A stretch of 64,000 nucleotides of DNA from contig CM060734.1 in the NCBI GenBank assembly GCA_030704615.1, forward strand, positions 13,082,001 through 13,146,000, read 5' to 3'. Origin of the DNA: Takakia lepidozioides (taxonomy: Eukaryota; Plantae; Bryophyta). Within the stretch, counting starts at the first letter, position 1. Every line of letters begins with the position of its first letter. The notes below the pieces were generated by a model. It saw only the letters and a program-made list of their open reading frames with translations, was not told where the DNA came from and made no database searches. Positions 1 to 11,346 of this stretch are shown in pieces. Made by a program: the position numbers and the translations under genes.

Positions 1-2450
1 CATGCACCTAGCCACAAACTGTTGTACCTCTGTATGCATACCACGCCATCAATACTGCCCCTGCAGTAAATTGTGAGTGCGTCGCACTCCAAAATGCCCC
101 AATTCCTCATGGGCATGCTGCACTAACCGTGCACGCTGTGTGGGGTGAGGCACAATCCTCATCCGACCATCCTCCCATACTTGGAGCAGGTGTATCCCCT
201 CCCACTTGAACCTCTTGGCTCGTTGTAGGATCCGATCCATCTCCTTGGCAGTCATAGTGGCTGCCGTGTCTCCAGTACGGAGGTAGTCCAACACAGCCGA
301 ATCCTCATGTATATCTCTGGTACCACCTGGCTCATCACTAGCCTCAGGGTCCTCAGACACTCCGTCTACAGTCATCCCTGTTGTAGGTCCAACCTGACCT
401 CCCGATGCCAAGATACACAAAAACGCAGATGCATGCCATCCCGACACCATCTCCTCGTCCGTCTCACCATGCCACCGAGCTCCAGTGTCATCATGCTGGC
501 TCGTGCATGGATTGCGACTCAATCCATCCGCATCCCGATTGACCAAACCCGGTTTATGCACAACCTGAAAGTCATACTCCTGGAGTATGAGTGCCTACCG
601 TGCAAGCTTCCCCGTAAGCTTGTCTGACTCCATCAACCACTTGAGTGGCTGGTGATCCGTGACAAGGGTGAAGAGATTGTCGTATAGATAGCACCTGAAA
701 TGTGCCACGGCCCACACTGCAGCTAAGCACTTTCCCTCATATAAGCTATACTTAGCCTCTGCAGCGTTGTTTGAGCGGCTAACATAAGCCACTACGAACT
801 CTCTTCCCTCATCATCCACCTGTGTGAGCACCGCTCCAAGCCCCAACATGCTCCAATCCATATGCAGCTGAAAGAGACGCCCCCTGATAGGTCGTCTCAG
901 GATAGGCGCCGAAGTCAACCTCGCCTTGAGCTCTTGAAAAGCTCGTTCCTGCTCATCTTCCCACTACCACTCTTGGTCCACCTTGATCAGCTTGGTTAGA
1001 GCCTTTGCAATGGCACTAAATCCCTTGACAAACCGTCTATAATAGTTTGCCAACCCCATGAAAGCTCGAACTCGGCTCACATCCATGGGGCGTGGAATTT
1101 GTGCAATGGCCTCTACCTTAGTCTGTTGTACCCCCAATCCTCCAGAATATATCATGTGACCCAGATACTCAATCTGGTTGTGGAAAAACTTGCACTTCCC
1201 CGGATGCAACTTCAATCTGTGCGCTCTTAAGCGCTCCAATACCACCTGAAGGTGTCTCTCATGCTCCTCCACCGTAGCACTAAAGGTGATGATGTCATCT
1301 ATGTAGCACCGAGTAAAGTCCACCCCTGCTTGGATCCTATCCATGACTCTCCGAAACTGTGCAAGAGCGTTCTTAAGCCCAAATGGTAAGAACCGCCACT
1401 GATATAGGCAAACCTTGCCGTGCTCATTGATCCCCCAGAATGTCGTCTTCTGCTTGTCCGCCTCCTTGATCGGCAACTGGTGATATCCGGATCATAAATC
1501 CAAAGTGCTAAAGACCTTAGCATGCCCGATGGCATCAAAGATCTCCTCTGGTGTTGGCATGGCATACTTATCGGACTTGGTCTGACGATTTACAGGCCGG
1601 TAATCACCGCACATACGTCTCTCCGTCCAATTGCCATAGACATCCTTCTTGGCTAACATCACTGTGGCTAAAGCACCAGAGAGCTCCACCAAACCTGCCT
1701 CCCAGAGATCTTGAGTCCTCATCTGAATCAAAGACCTCTCCATGTCACTGTATCTATAGGGTCTCCGAAAGATTGGCGTGTCAGTGGCCAACTCAATACG
1801 GATCTCTTGACCCTTCAATGCTCCCAAGTCCTTCAAACTGAAGGCAAAGCAATTCCTGTAAGCCCTCAGGAACCGCCGTATACGTCGTCTCTCCTCCGGT
1901 GACAATGGGTCCAATGTCAGGCTCCCAATTGTCCTCCGTAATTGTAACCTTAAGTCCAGTGGGCTTAGAGGGTAGAGGACACGTCCAATGGTTGCTATGT
2001 TGCAACCTCTTGAGCAGTACTCCCTACCTGTTCAGTCAATGACAAGGCCTCATCCTGCCCCATCATCTCATCCTCGAGGACTTCCTCAACCCGAGAAAAA
2101 TCCCCAACCTCATCCATCACTGCCACCTGGCTGCCAACTCCCTCTGAACCTCGAGCACCTCCCACGGGTGCCATGGATGCCTGCACCCCGTGGTCCTCAC
2201 ATGCTCGCCCCCACTCACTGCCTGTACCGTCTCGGTAGGCAGAGAGACGAGCGAGGGAAGTGTACTCCGCACTCTGCGTTGCTCGGCCATAGCCAAGCTG
2301 ATAATCCAGGTCAAGCAATTGAGATCCATTGCTTGCCCCAACATCTGACGACGTGATGCCTCAGAAAGAGACGGCACCGCCGTGGTACTACTGGTAAAAC
2401 CCATTTCCCGCTCACGCTCGTCAGCATTAGGCTCCACTAACTGCTGCAAC
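1..2450 (-). mobile_element. Ty3/gypsy LTR retrotransposon pol remnant (RT, RNase H, start of integrase zinc-binding domain), pseudogenised, runs off window start
   Basis: Consecutive minus-strand ORFs: RMCGDYRPVN..FSTLDL*SGYHQ; LPFGLKNA..CYIDDII (RT); LHMDWS..GAVLTQ..TDHQPLKWL (RNase H); HEELGHFG (integrase HHCC). In-frame stops at ~1492, ~964, ~595 and ~49. Confidence 0.93.
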
Positions 2451-2570
2451 TAAGCATCCCACATGAGGCCAGCAATGACTACAGAATTAACAGCAAACAA
2501 TTACAACAAGGGCAAGGTCGAAGGCATTGGCACTGGGGCTATTAAGCAGAGATAAGACAGATCATGTGAG

Positions 2571-4264
2571 CATGGAAAACAACCATTTGGATGGTGACAA
2601 AGTAGTGGATGATTTAGTACTTTATGTGGAAGCAATGTTGAATGAGGGTGCCACAATGAAATCAATCGCCACTGCCCTTTCTTTTGATGATGTACGACCA
2701 TTGAGAAGATTGCTATCAGAAGTCCAAGGGTCTCCTTTCAAAGTTCATCATCAATTGAGTGTCCAACGCTTGTGTGAAAAGATTCAAGAGTTACTTCCTA
2801 TTGAAGAGAATGGGACAAATTGGGGAATGAGAACAGTGCAATCTGCCTTAAGGAGGTCAAATTTGCGGATTCCTCGAAGGAAGGTGGGGGAAGCTTTGAA
2901 AATCATCTCACCCTACCATTATGAGCGTAGGAGAAGGGCACAGGCAATTCGGAGGACTTAGTATAATGTGACAATGCCTATGGCTCTATGGCACATTGAC
3001 TGTAAGTATTTTATCTCATGCATCTTAATGTTCTTTGAAGATGCACATGCAAGACGTTTTCTTGCATTACATATCGCACAAAATTGTAGGCAAACTAAAA
3101 CATGTATGCAATTCGTGGTGCAGCTTATGACAAATTGGTTATGTTTGGTCTTCGAGTACATGCTGGCATTGATGGGGCCTCTCATTTTGTTTTATGGGCG
3201 AACGTTGCAAGAAACAAGAAAGAAAAAACCATTTTCAAAGGATATCACGATGCTGTTTCCAAGTTTGGAGCACCTTTACAAATTCGATCTGATTTTGCAG
3301 TAGAGCACTCTCTTATAAAACAACACATTGAAGCCACACGTTCTGAAACACCCAATCCGTACTTGACTGGGTCTTCCACACACAATCAGGTTAGTGCTCT
3401 ATACAATTCTATCTTGCATATCAACTTTACGTTTCTGTCATATTTCTTGGTTCATCTTTATTAATCATTGAGTGTGTAATATTGTGCATATTTCTAATAT
3501 TTTGTGTGGTGTAATCACCACGTTAGAGGATTGAACACTTTTGGCGGCATCTATGGGAGAAGGTAATGTTCTACTACAAAAATTGCTTCCAAGCAATGGT
3601 CAATGATGGATTATTGGATATGGATGATCCGTGGCAACGAGAATCTTTTATTGACGTATATATGCCCATAGTACAAGAAGCTGTTGATGAATACGTGAAG
3701 ATTTGGAATGGACATCGAGTTCGCACGATTAATGAAAACGGTCGATATCGTCGATCACATGTTCCTGCTCGTTTCTTTCGCGAGTATGAACGTTTGCATG
3801 GGTAAGCTCATGGTTTTCTCTTGTTTGTACTTTCATTCTTAAGCTACAATTTACATTGGAATGTTATTCTAATGTGGTGATGTGTTTGATCATGTAGATG
3901 GACCAACCACCTTATTGATGACCCACGATTTAGGGAAGACCCCCAACACATTGGTAACCAAGACTTGGGGCCTCGTGGGAATCAAAGGTGACGATGTGCA
4001 GGTGGTTTGCATGACCTTCCCACCAAAGGAGCTGAACTCATTCCTGACATGGTTCGTGTCCGTGCACAAGCTTATGAAATTGGAAAGGTTGGGAAGGATT
4101 CGATCTCTTGTTTTCATCTCCACTACTACATGTCTCGGTATTGTGGTTTGGCAACGCATGAACATAGATATTTTGATCAATTGGACCTCATTGATAATAC
4201 CGTGTTAAGTAGGGAAGCTCTCCAACTTTTAATTACACAAGCACTTGTATGTAATTGTGATTAA
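2571..4264 (+). pseudogene. Intron-containing IS3EU-like (integrase-core) DDE transposase
   Basis: Exons read WGMRTVQSALRR..RIPRRKV..ALWHID / YDKLVMFGLRVHAGIDGASHF..PLQIRSD..YLTGSSTHNQ / RIEHFWR..WNGHRVR, matching the WHID..HGGIDG..RSD..SxHNQRIE pattern of IS3EU-type transposases. GT-AG introns near 3001, 3390 and 3802; premature stops at ~2959 and ~3990. Confidence 0.8.
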
Positions 4265-4357
4265 GTGAATAAGTGGGACAATCACATTCAAAGATAATTG
4301 TTTTATGTCACGTACTTTGAGGATTTTTGTTAAATAAATGTCATCTTTTCCCTTCAT

Positions 4358-4960
4358 CATATCCATTGTCCATATTGAACCATACACCCTAAACCATTAT
4401 CATCTCCCAACCATACTACTCGGGGGCAGGGCCTGGGTTGTACGATCTCTGGAGGGTTGTGAAATTGTTGGGTTTCATTGGGAAGTGCACAGCGTGAGGC
4501 TCATGAGGCCGCCTTTTATCTCCAACAATCTTTGTCTACCCCACATATGAGACAATGATGACCAACTTGCCTCATTTTCAAGAACCCTCTATTCATAATC
4601 TAAGAATTTTGCATACAGTAATAAAAATCTGAATATACACTCATGGAGACACGAATATTCAACCAGGACTTATAGCTGCACCCTTGTCTCTTATATGCCA
4701 TGTAGCTTGAGTTTAAAATCTGATAACTTGTGTTCTGTTGATTGGAGTCATGGTTTCTCCAACTGCTGTATAGTTTCCATAGCCACCGAGAGGTCTATCT
4801 CTCCAGGTTCTGGAACACTCCTGTAGCCTGTACAACCACAAAGTGGATTTTTTTGCTTCCATGTAACATTTGTTTTTCTCACATAAGTGGTCAACAACCT
4901 TACACTTGGCATGATGATGATAGGTATGACAGGTATGATGATGAATGGTATCACTTGGCA
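4358..4960 (-). pseudogene. Convergent Cys-containing coding remnant, possibly the second gene of the IS3EU-like element
   Basis: After a ttcttag acceptor (~4600) the minus strand reads MNRGFLKMRQVGHHCLICGVDKDCWR*KAAS*ASRCALPNE..PRPCPRVVWLG; an upstream segment reads KNPLCGCTGYRS. Tail-to-tail with the transposase; no family recognised. Confidence 0.35.
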
Positions 4961-5039
4961 TGATAGGTTAGGAGTCTACTTTGAGATGCCCAAGTCAAGT
5001 TTCAACCTCTACTGAATGGACGCCCTTTGCGCAGGTGTA

Positions 5040-5442
5040 GCGGTATAGCGCTTGATTACAACGGAACTTAGTTAGTTTTGGTAAATTAGTCTATATGCAG
5101 GTAGAGGTATCGTCATTGGGTACTAGCCCTGTTTGGTATACTCACAGAGGTACAGCGCTTGATTCCAAAGAAACTTAGTCAAAACTAGACTATATGTAGG
5201 TAAGGGTATTGTTATGAGGTAGTTTCCCTGTTTGGTATACCTATAGAGGTATAGCGTTTGATTTACAAATAAATTTTGCTAAATCAGTGTATATTTATGT
5301 GGAGGTATTGTCATGAGGTAGTAGCCCTGATTAGTATACCAATAGAGGTATAACGCTTGATTTACAAAGAAACTTAGCTATATATGCTAGTAGAGGTATC
5401 GTCATTATGTAGTAGTGATCCTCTTTGGTATACCTATAGAGG
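5040..5442 (+). repeat. ~4 degenerate tandem copies of a ~98-bp repeat
   Basis: Recurring gaggtatagcgcttgatt..aaagaaactta..gtagaggtatcgtcatgaggtagtagccctgtttggtatacc. Confidence 0.85.
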
Positions 5443-7000
5443 TTGGTGCATTTGTGAGTTGAGATCCATTAAACAATGGGATTTTTTGGAATTCCCTGCA
5501 CGTTGTGAGGAATTGGCACGGTTTTGTCACCAATGCTCAAGTGTCACACGGTTAGCAGTCTTCCATTGTGTGCTGGCTTAATTCTTCAGTAACCTACTTG
5601 AGCTCTAAACTTCTGAAAAAAACACCCGGATTGGCTTACTTGAGGTATACAATATGGCCACTTTAGAGATACGCTATACATGTGAGCATAAATGCTTGTC
5701 ATTTTTCAGAGAGCGCCGGCAGTCTGAATGAAGATACTGTAACTATGATATATAATAAACGATAGTGTAGAGAAATTCCCTAGCAGTGGGCTTCAGTTAC
5801 AAGGAATAAATTGACTAGCATTCTACCTGCATGAGGCACTCCATCGCCAAGCAATGTTTGGGTTTCTTAGACTGGGGGTTATATTGTGACGCACTCCTGT
5901 GGTCGCAACAAACTTCTGCTTTCTCTTTCCTTCTTTCCTCTCTCGTTGACATAGAAAATTGAGAGAGGTTATGGTATGGGAGAAGAGAGAGGGGATGCAA
6001 TTGACATCATGATGAGTTGAAGTTGGGAGCAGAGGGAAGTGGTAAATTTGCAGAGAAGCACAGAGGTCCCCGGGAGACTTACTTTTGTAGTTGCAGCGTG
6101 AAGTGAAAGCCAGGGTGGGTAGTATGGCTGTCGATGAGTTCAGGGCGAGTTATGCTAGTGAGACACCTTCCCTGAAATGTATGTGTGCGCTGTCTTTGTA
6201 ATTCAACAGATATGGACCAAGAATTATCACTTGGCTTCACTCGCTGAAAAGAACACGAGAGAAGTCTCCTTCCTTATGCTTCCATCACCAGGAAGTGAGT
6301 TGCTGACTTCTTTGGAGTTATTGAGAAACAATGGTATCATTTCGATTCAATTTTGGCTGCTGTCATTATGGCACGATCTCCTAAACTTCTAGCGCGTGTT
6401 CCGTTTGTTCACTTTCAATAATGGGCTTCATGGTGGTTATCTTTTTAGGTTCTTAACAGGCTTATTAGCATATTAATGGGCTTTCAATAATGGGCTCCAT
6501 TCCCCTTCTAACATCTTCAAAATAACCATAATAACGGTAATTTGGTGTGTTAAGTTGTCCCTAACACCCATCCAAAATTATGTTATGTATTTCCATCTAT
6601 TTCCACCCTTTTTATTTTGCCAACTTAACCTTAGGTGAGATTTCAACCCACAATGCAGATTTGTGCTTGCTGGTCTTGCATCGAGGAGATATGACGGAGC
6701 GGCATATTGTTGGCGAGACAGATGCAATTGTAGGTCCATTGCTATGCGAACTTCAGGAATTGACAAGGTCTTGTTTTGATTATGTTCTGGATGTAATGTT
6801 TGGGACTGAGCTTCGGGGAATCCTTGCACTTCCTCTCTTTTCTCCCGGTCTGGTTTTCCTTCTTGTACTATTTTATCCTCATCTCTGCAGTTTTCTATAC
6901 CTTTATCTTCTATGTATTGACATTTGATTGAAATTGTAGACCAGCAAGCCAGGAGAGCAACGATGGGCTCTCTCCTTTCTAATCAGCATGTGTTTGGCAG

Positions 7001-7545
7001 AAATTACGACATCTTTTTGACCCGGCATATTCAAAGATTAAGCTAGCATCGAAACCTATCCTTACTTCCAGCGTGAATCATTGGTGAATTTCTACCAGAA
7101 GCATGGGATAGCTGTCACTGCCCACGCGCCATTGGGTGGTGGGGTTGATAACACGGAATTTGTTGGGCACCGTTTCGTGTCTTGATGACGCTGTTCTTCA
7201 GGTTTGCATCTTCCCTAAGTGCTCCCTTATGAATTATTGACTTCAGTTGTGATTCACTACTCTATGTAAGGCGTGATCTCTCGCTTCCCTCTCTCAAACA
7301 CACACACTATAAACACACTACATGGATTGCCAAGAAAGTACAACAAGACACCGACACAACTTGCGATGCACTGGGGCATTGAGCACAAGACAATTGTCAT
7401 TCCTAAGTCAGACAAGATGGAGAGATTGAAGTAGAACCTTGATGTCTTTGACTTTGAGTTGACCGATGATGATATCAAGCCCTTGACAAAAGCCTGCGCA
7501 CCAACGACCCTGAGAAATTTTTGTGTATCAATCTCTTCTGAGGAT
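7001..7545 (+). pseudogene. Fragment of AKR2A-type aldo-keto reductase (mannose-6-P reductase / sorbitol-6-P dehydrogenase-like), 3' exons only
   Basis: NYDIFLTR..YSKIK..PYFQRESLVNF.QKHGIAVTAHAPLGGG..GTVSCLDD / KYNKTPTQLAMHWGIEHKTIVIPKSDKMERLK*NLDVFDFELT..RTNDPEKF, with frameshifts and a stop. Confidence 0.85.
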
Positions 7546-8217
7546 GAGTTTGACTGGTGGGTGTTGCTTACAATCTAAATATGTTTGCATGTTTCATCTG
7601 CACCTTGAGACACTAACCAATTTCATACTGCCAAGCCCTTATAGTGCCAATATATGGCTATGTACATATACCAAACATGATACCACTGTAAGAGTATCAA
7701 CGTCTAAGAGTTGATATATTAAACTCTCTATCGAACACACAGCCCAATTGCAACATGATACCTTTGTAAGGGTATCGAAACAAGATTATTGGAGATAATT
7801 CTCGAAATGAACATGTCATTTGTTTTCTCTAGGGTTGTGTCATGGGGGCCAGATACTAGTGCCAGGGGACTACATGATGATGCAGGGGAAGCCATTCATC
7901 AATTGTCAGATTTGAAATTGTCTATTTCTTTCAGAGCTAGCCATATTTTTTTTGCCAGTGAATCACAGGAAGCTGAAGCACTTCTGAGTAAGCCATCTGT
8001 CTCCCAAAGGGTCCCCCAAAAATGAGATGGAGCTAGCCCTGGCATGCACATCAAACCCATTTAGCTCACAAGCAGTTTAAGGAGGTTTGCATAAACATTT
8101 GGCCAAGGTTTGAGGGCTTTGGCTCATTCCAACAACAGTATTTACCAAAGCACATAACGTGCTTGTAATAACACTCGGGCTGCATGTGGGGTTCATGGGA
8201 TGCTGAATGGAAGTTGA

Positions 8218-8361
8218 GGAATTTCAAAGGCTGGAGTGGGAATCGAGAGCATGAATGTTGAGTTCTGCAATAGTGATGAGATTATGGTTGTAGTGCAACA
8301 TTGTAGTGGGTTTGTTATTGGCAGCCCAACACTTGCAAGCCACATGCCCACTCCTATGAAG
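8218..8361 (+). pseudogene. Fragment of a flavodiiron protein (FLV) flavodoxin domain
   Basis: GISKAGVGIESMNVEFCNSDEIMVVVQHCSGFVIGSPTLASHMPTPMK followed by a GT donor; matches the GITKAGV..GFVIGSPTLGGHMPTP pattern of cyanobacterial/algal/moss class C flavodiiron proteins. Not in the ORF track. Confidence 0.8.
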
Positions 8362-8439
8362 GTGTGACTGGTGATCTAGTGACCAGTCACTTAGTCAAAC
8401 CAGCGATAATGGATTGTGATGACAATATAGGGATCCGAC

Positions 8440-8655
8440 ATGCCAGCCTTGGCATTCCTGGCAAGGGATGTGCACGACGTAATCGCAGGTGCGGGAGGGC
8501 TTTTGTGCATGGAAGGGGGCCGACAGCCAAGGTCACATGCAGACAAGAATGATCCACCCTATATGTGTGATTGGGATTTTTGTTTTCCTCCACAATCTAT
8601 CATGGTTGTTTGCAACCCTGTAACAGAGGACTATACATTCGTCCCGGCTTTATGA
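8440..8655 (+). pseudogene. Fragment of a plant F-box/kelch-like beta-propeller protein
   Basis: AGAGGLLC....IMVVCNPVTEDYTFVP resembles the 'GGLLC...VCNPxT...LP' repeat of plant F-box proteins. Confidence 0.55.
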
Positions 8656-9423
8656 AAGCATTTGGAAAGCAAGGTACACTAGCTACATCCGTTCACTTAT
8701 TTGTCTCGGACAACCTCTTCATCTTTCAGATCTTGGGTTGATATGTGATTGTCTTCAGACATATTTATTTTCGGGATAGTGGACATTTCAATTCTTTCCC
8801 TCTTCTTTCCTCTTTGGTTTCATTGCTATGCATCTTGCAATGTAAGTTTGCAACTCCATACATGATTAGTTTTGGCAGGTGGCTCGCATGGATTTGAACC
8901 GCTCATGCGACAAAGGGTACACCATCATTGTTGTGGGGTACAACAACTCTCAGGTTTTGGCACGAGATAGGCCTGATGTCTTGGAGATGGTGGTTGCCAT
9001 CTAGAGGGGAGTGGGTGTATTGGCATGATACTAGCGGGTTGCGAACCAATAGTTGTGGACAAAGCTTGTTGGCACTTATCGATGAAATTATTTGCATTAG
9101 TTGGACTTCGCAGATGTAGAGACACTTTCCAGCAATTTGCCTTCAGATCATAAGTTTTCTGGACGACAATCAATTGATTATTGAAGCCCCACTCCTTTTG
9201 CAAGCACCGCTCGAGGCAAAGTTCCATGTAGACGTCAGGAGATCCTTGGAGCTATACAGCCAAGCAGCAACCACCAAGGCCATTAATTTGTTGGTGCATA
9301 TTCACATCATTTAGGAGTTTTTGTGTCTCTAACAAGAACCCCCTGTCTGTCATAATCATACCTTGAGAAGTTCGGCATCAACATAATTTGTTGCTAGCTA
9401 CTAGTAGTGTCTAAGTTCTTGAT

Positions 9424-9700
9424 CCTGGGGATCCCATAGAGCAATACACCCTGTCCAGTAGATAACAAATCACAGGAAGGCATATAACCTGATCCACTGT
9501 TCGTCCTTCATAAGTACAGTAGTTTGCGAAACATAACATTTGTGAGAGGATCATCAATTACCTCAAGTGCCTCAGTTGATGCCAACACGAAGGACGAGTG
9601 AGCAGGGTTCATAATAGGCAGTTCGATGGACTCTCGAGGCTCCATAATCTGTTCACTTAGCCCTCCAACAGCAGAATAACTCACATTCCTTGCGTCCTCG
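9424..9700 (-). pseudogene. RPT4: Two-exon fragment of 26S proteasome AAA-ATPase subunit RPT4
   Basis: [37 protein letters not shown], then an intron (gtaatt..ggacag), then GVLLYG.PG (start of Walker A). Confidence 0.85.
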
Positions 9701-10121
9701 CACGGGCCTTGAGAACTAAAGAATGTTCGAAGTACATGCTCGAGGGGATTACGCATACATATCCACCACACCAGAAAGAGAAGAAAGCTCTTTGAACTTA
9801 CTTGAAGCATCTTGTATTTCCGAGGGTGCAACATCCTTCATACTCAGGATGGACACGGTTGCCTTACCAAATGTGTCAGCTCTGCTGCTGCCTCTTCCTT
9901 GGCCTCTTCCTGTCCACCCAACCATGACACGTACCATGAAAAACTCACTTGACATTTCTATCCCACTCTTCTTATTGAGTAAACCAGAAACAATAGACAA
10001 TCATGTAGCCAAGTGTTACGCGATGAACAGCTGTAGATTCTAACAAGCGAGGACTGGGATAAAAACAGAGATAAGAATGCGTACGTTGCCAATTTATCTT
10101 GAGTTTCTTTGGCTATCATGC

Positions 10122-10380
10122 GTTATACCTCTGTAGGTATACTAAACAGGGCAACTACCTCATAACGATACCTCAACCTGCATATAGGCTGATTTGACCA
10201 AGTTTCTTTGTAAGTCAGGCGCTATACCTCTGGTGGTATACTAAACAGGGCTACTGTCTCATGACGATACCTCCGCATAAATATAGATTAATTTGGCCAA
10301 CTTTTCTTGTAAAATGAAATACTATACCTCTGTAGATATATCAAACAGGGCTACAACCTAATGACGATACCTCTACTAGT
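10122..10380 (-). repeat. ~2.6 copies of the ~98-bp repeat, inverted relative to 5040-5442
   Basis: tatacctctgtaggtatactaaacagggc..cctcatgacgatacctc is the reverse complement of the left array unit. Confidence 0.85.
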
Positions 10381-10601
10381 ATATATCTCTCTCTCATCTC
10401 TCTCCTTTAGGCTACGCGACTCATCTCGTGACTTAGGCCTTACGACAAACAAAGGATGGACGGGCAGCAGGAATAGACGGGCAACATGTATATTCAGCTT
10501 ATACTCTCATATGTATATGTGTATACGATGCATATACATATACATATACATGATAATATATTATATATTATATACAAAAATAAGTTAAAAATTATAGATT
10601 A

Positions 10602-10793
10602 CAATTCAATTGAATTGTAGTCAGCAATTCAGTTGAATTGTTGACTGCAATTCAATTGAATTACGAGTTGACAATTCAATTGAATTGCCAATTCGCAATT
10701 CAATTGAATCGTGTGCCGACAATTCAATTGAATTGCAAATTAGGGTTAGTTCAATTGAATTGCGCACTTTTAGGGGGTTATCAAGTGAATTGT
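10602..10793. repeat. Array of the 16-bp palindrome CAATTCAATTGAATTG at 23-24-bp spacing
   Basis: Copies start at 10602, 10625, 10648, 10672, 10696 and 10720, with degenerate copies near 10750 and 10780. Confidence 0.9.
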
Positions 10794-11094
10794 GATGCAT
10801 TTCACATCAAGGCCTTTTTGGAATTCCCTAGATGTTCATGCAGATTCAGAAACAACAAAATGTCTTGACAACAGCCAAGACCAACGGTACCTCTATTCCC
10901 AACTCTGTTGATGGTGGCGATATGGCAGGCCGTGCAGTAGTAGCTGCTACTGTAAGCTACTTGCCCTCATTAGGCCTTGGTCAATGGTTTGTAGCACTGC
11001 TAAATGGGAGTTGTTGGACTGGCATGTCCACTGTCCCTTTTGTATGGTCGCTTATTCAACGTTGTGCGGCTTTCTTGTTTTCTGCAGTTCCATG

Positions 11095-11346
11095 TGGGTG
11101 ACAAGGTAGTTTTGTTCGGCCCTTGTGCACCAAAAAGGAGGGCAGGGGCATATATCTGGATGCAGTCTGGCAGGGCATTACTGTGCCTGCAGGGTATGCT
11201 GTTGTCTCAGTGGACTCTGTTCATGGTGGGGATGTTGCACTACCATACCCAGCTCCGAGGACCCTCCACATACGCTTCTCAGTGACGTTGTTGGTAGCAC
11301 AAGTCTATGGTCTGCGAAGTTCCTTAGACGAGCTAAGTTTACATGA
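11095..11346 (+). pseudogene. CACTA (En/Spm) TnpA-associated domain remnant
   Basis: Frameshift-joined KVVLFGP..GRGIYLDAVWQGITVPAGYAVVSVDSVHGGDVALPYP..TLLSDVVGSTSLW resembles the C-terminal domain of CACTA accessory proteins. Short tccaca-type subterminal repeats lie at 11.9-12.45 kb. Confidence 0.45.

Larger units (their letters stand above)
5040..10380. mobile_element. Putative gene-capturing non-autonomous element (Pack-type foldback or Helitron-derived)
   Basis: Bounded by inverted arrays of the same ~98-bp repeat, filled with unrelated host-gene fragments that retain introns; right end is ..ctctaCTAG|t. No TSD identified. Confidence 0.5.

Noticed and set aside
10602-10793. Mini-CRISPR
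   Set aside because: The 16-bp repeat and 7-8-bp spacers are far too short.
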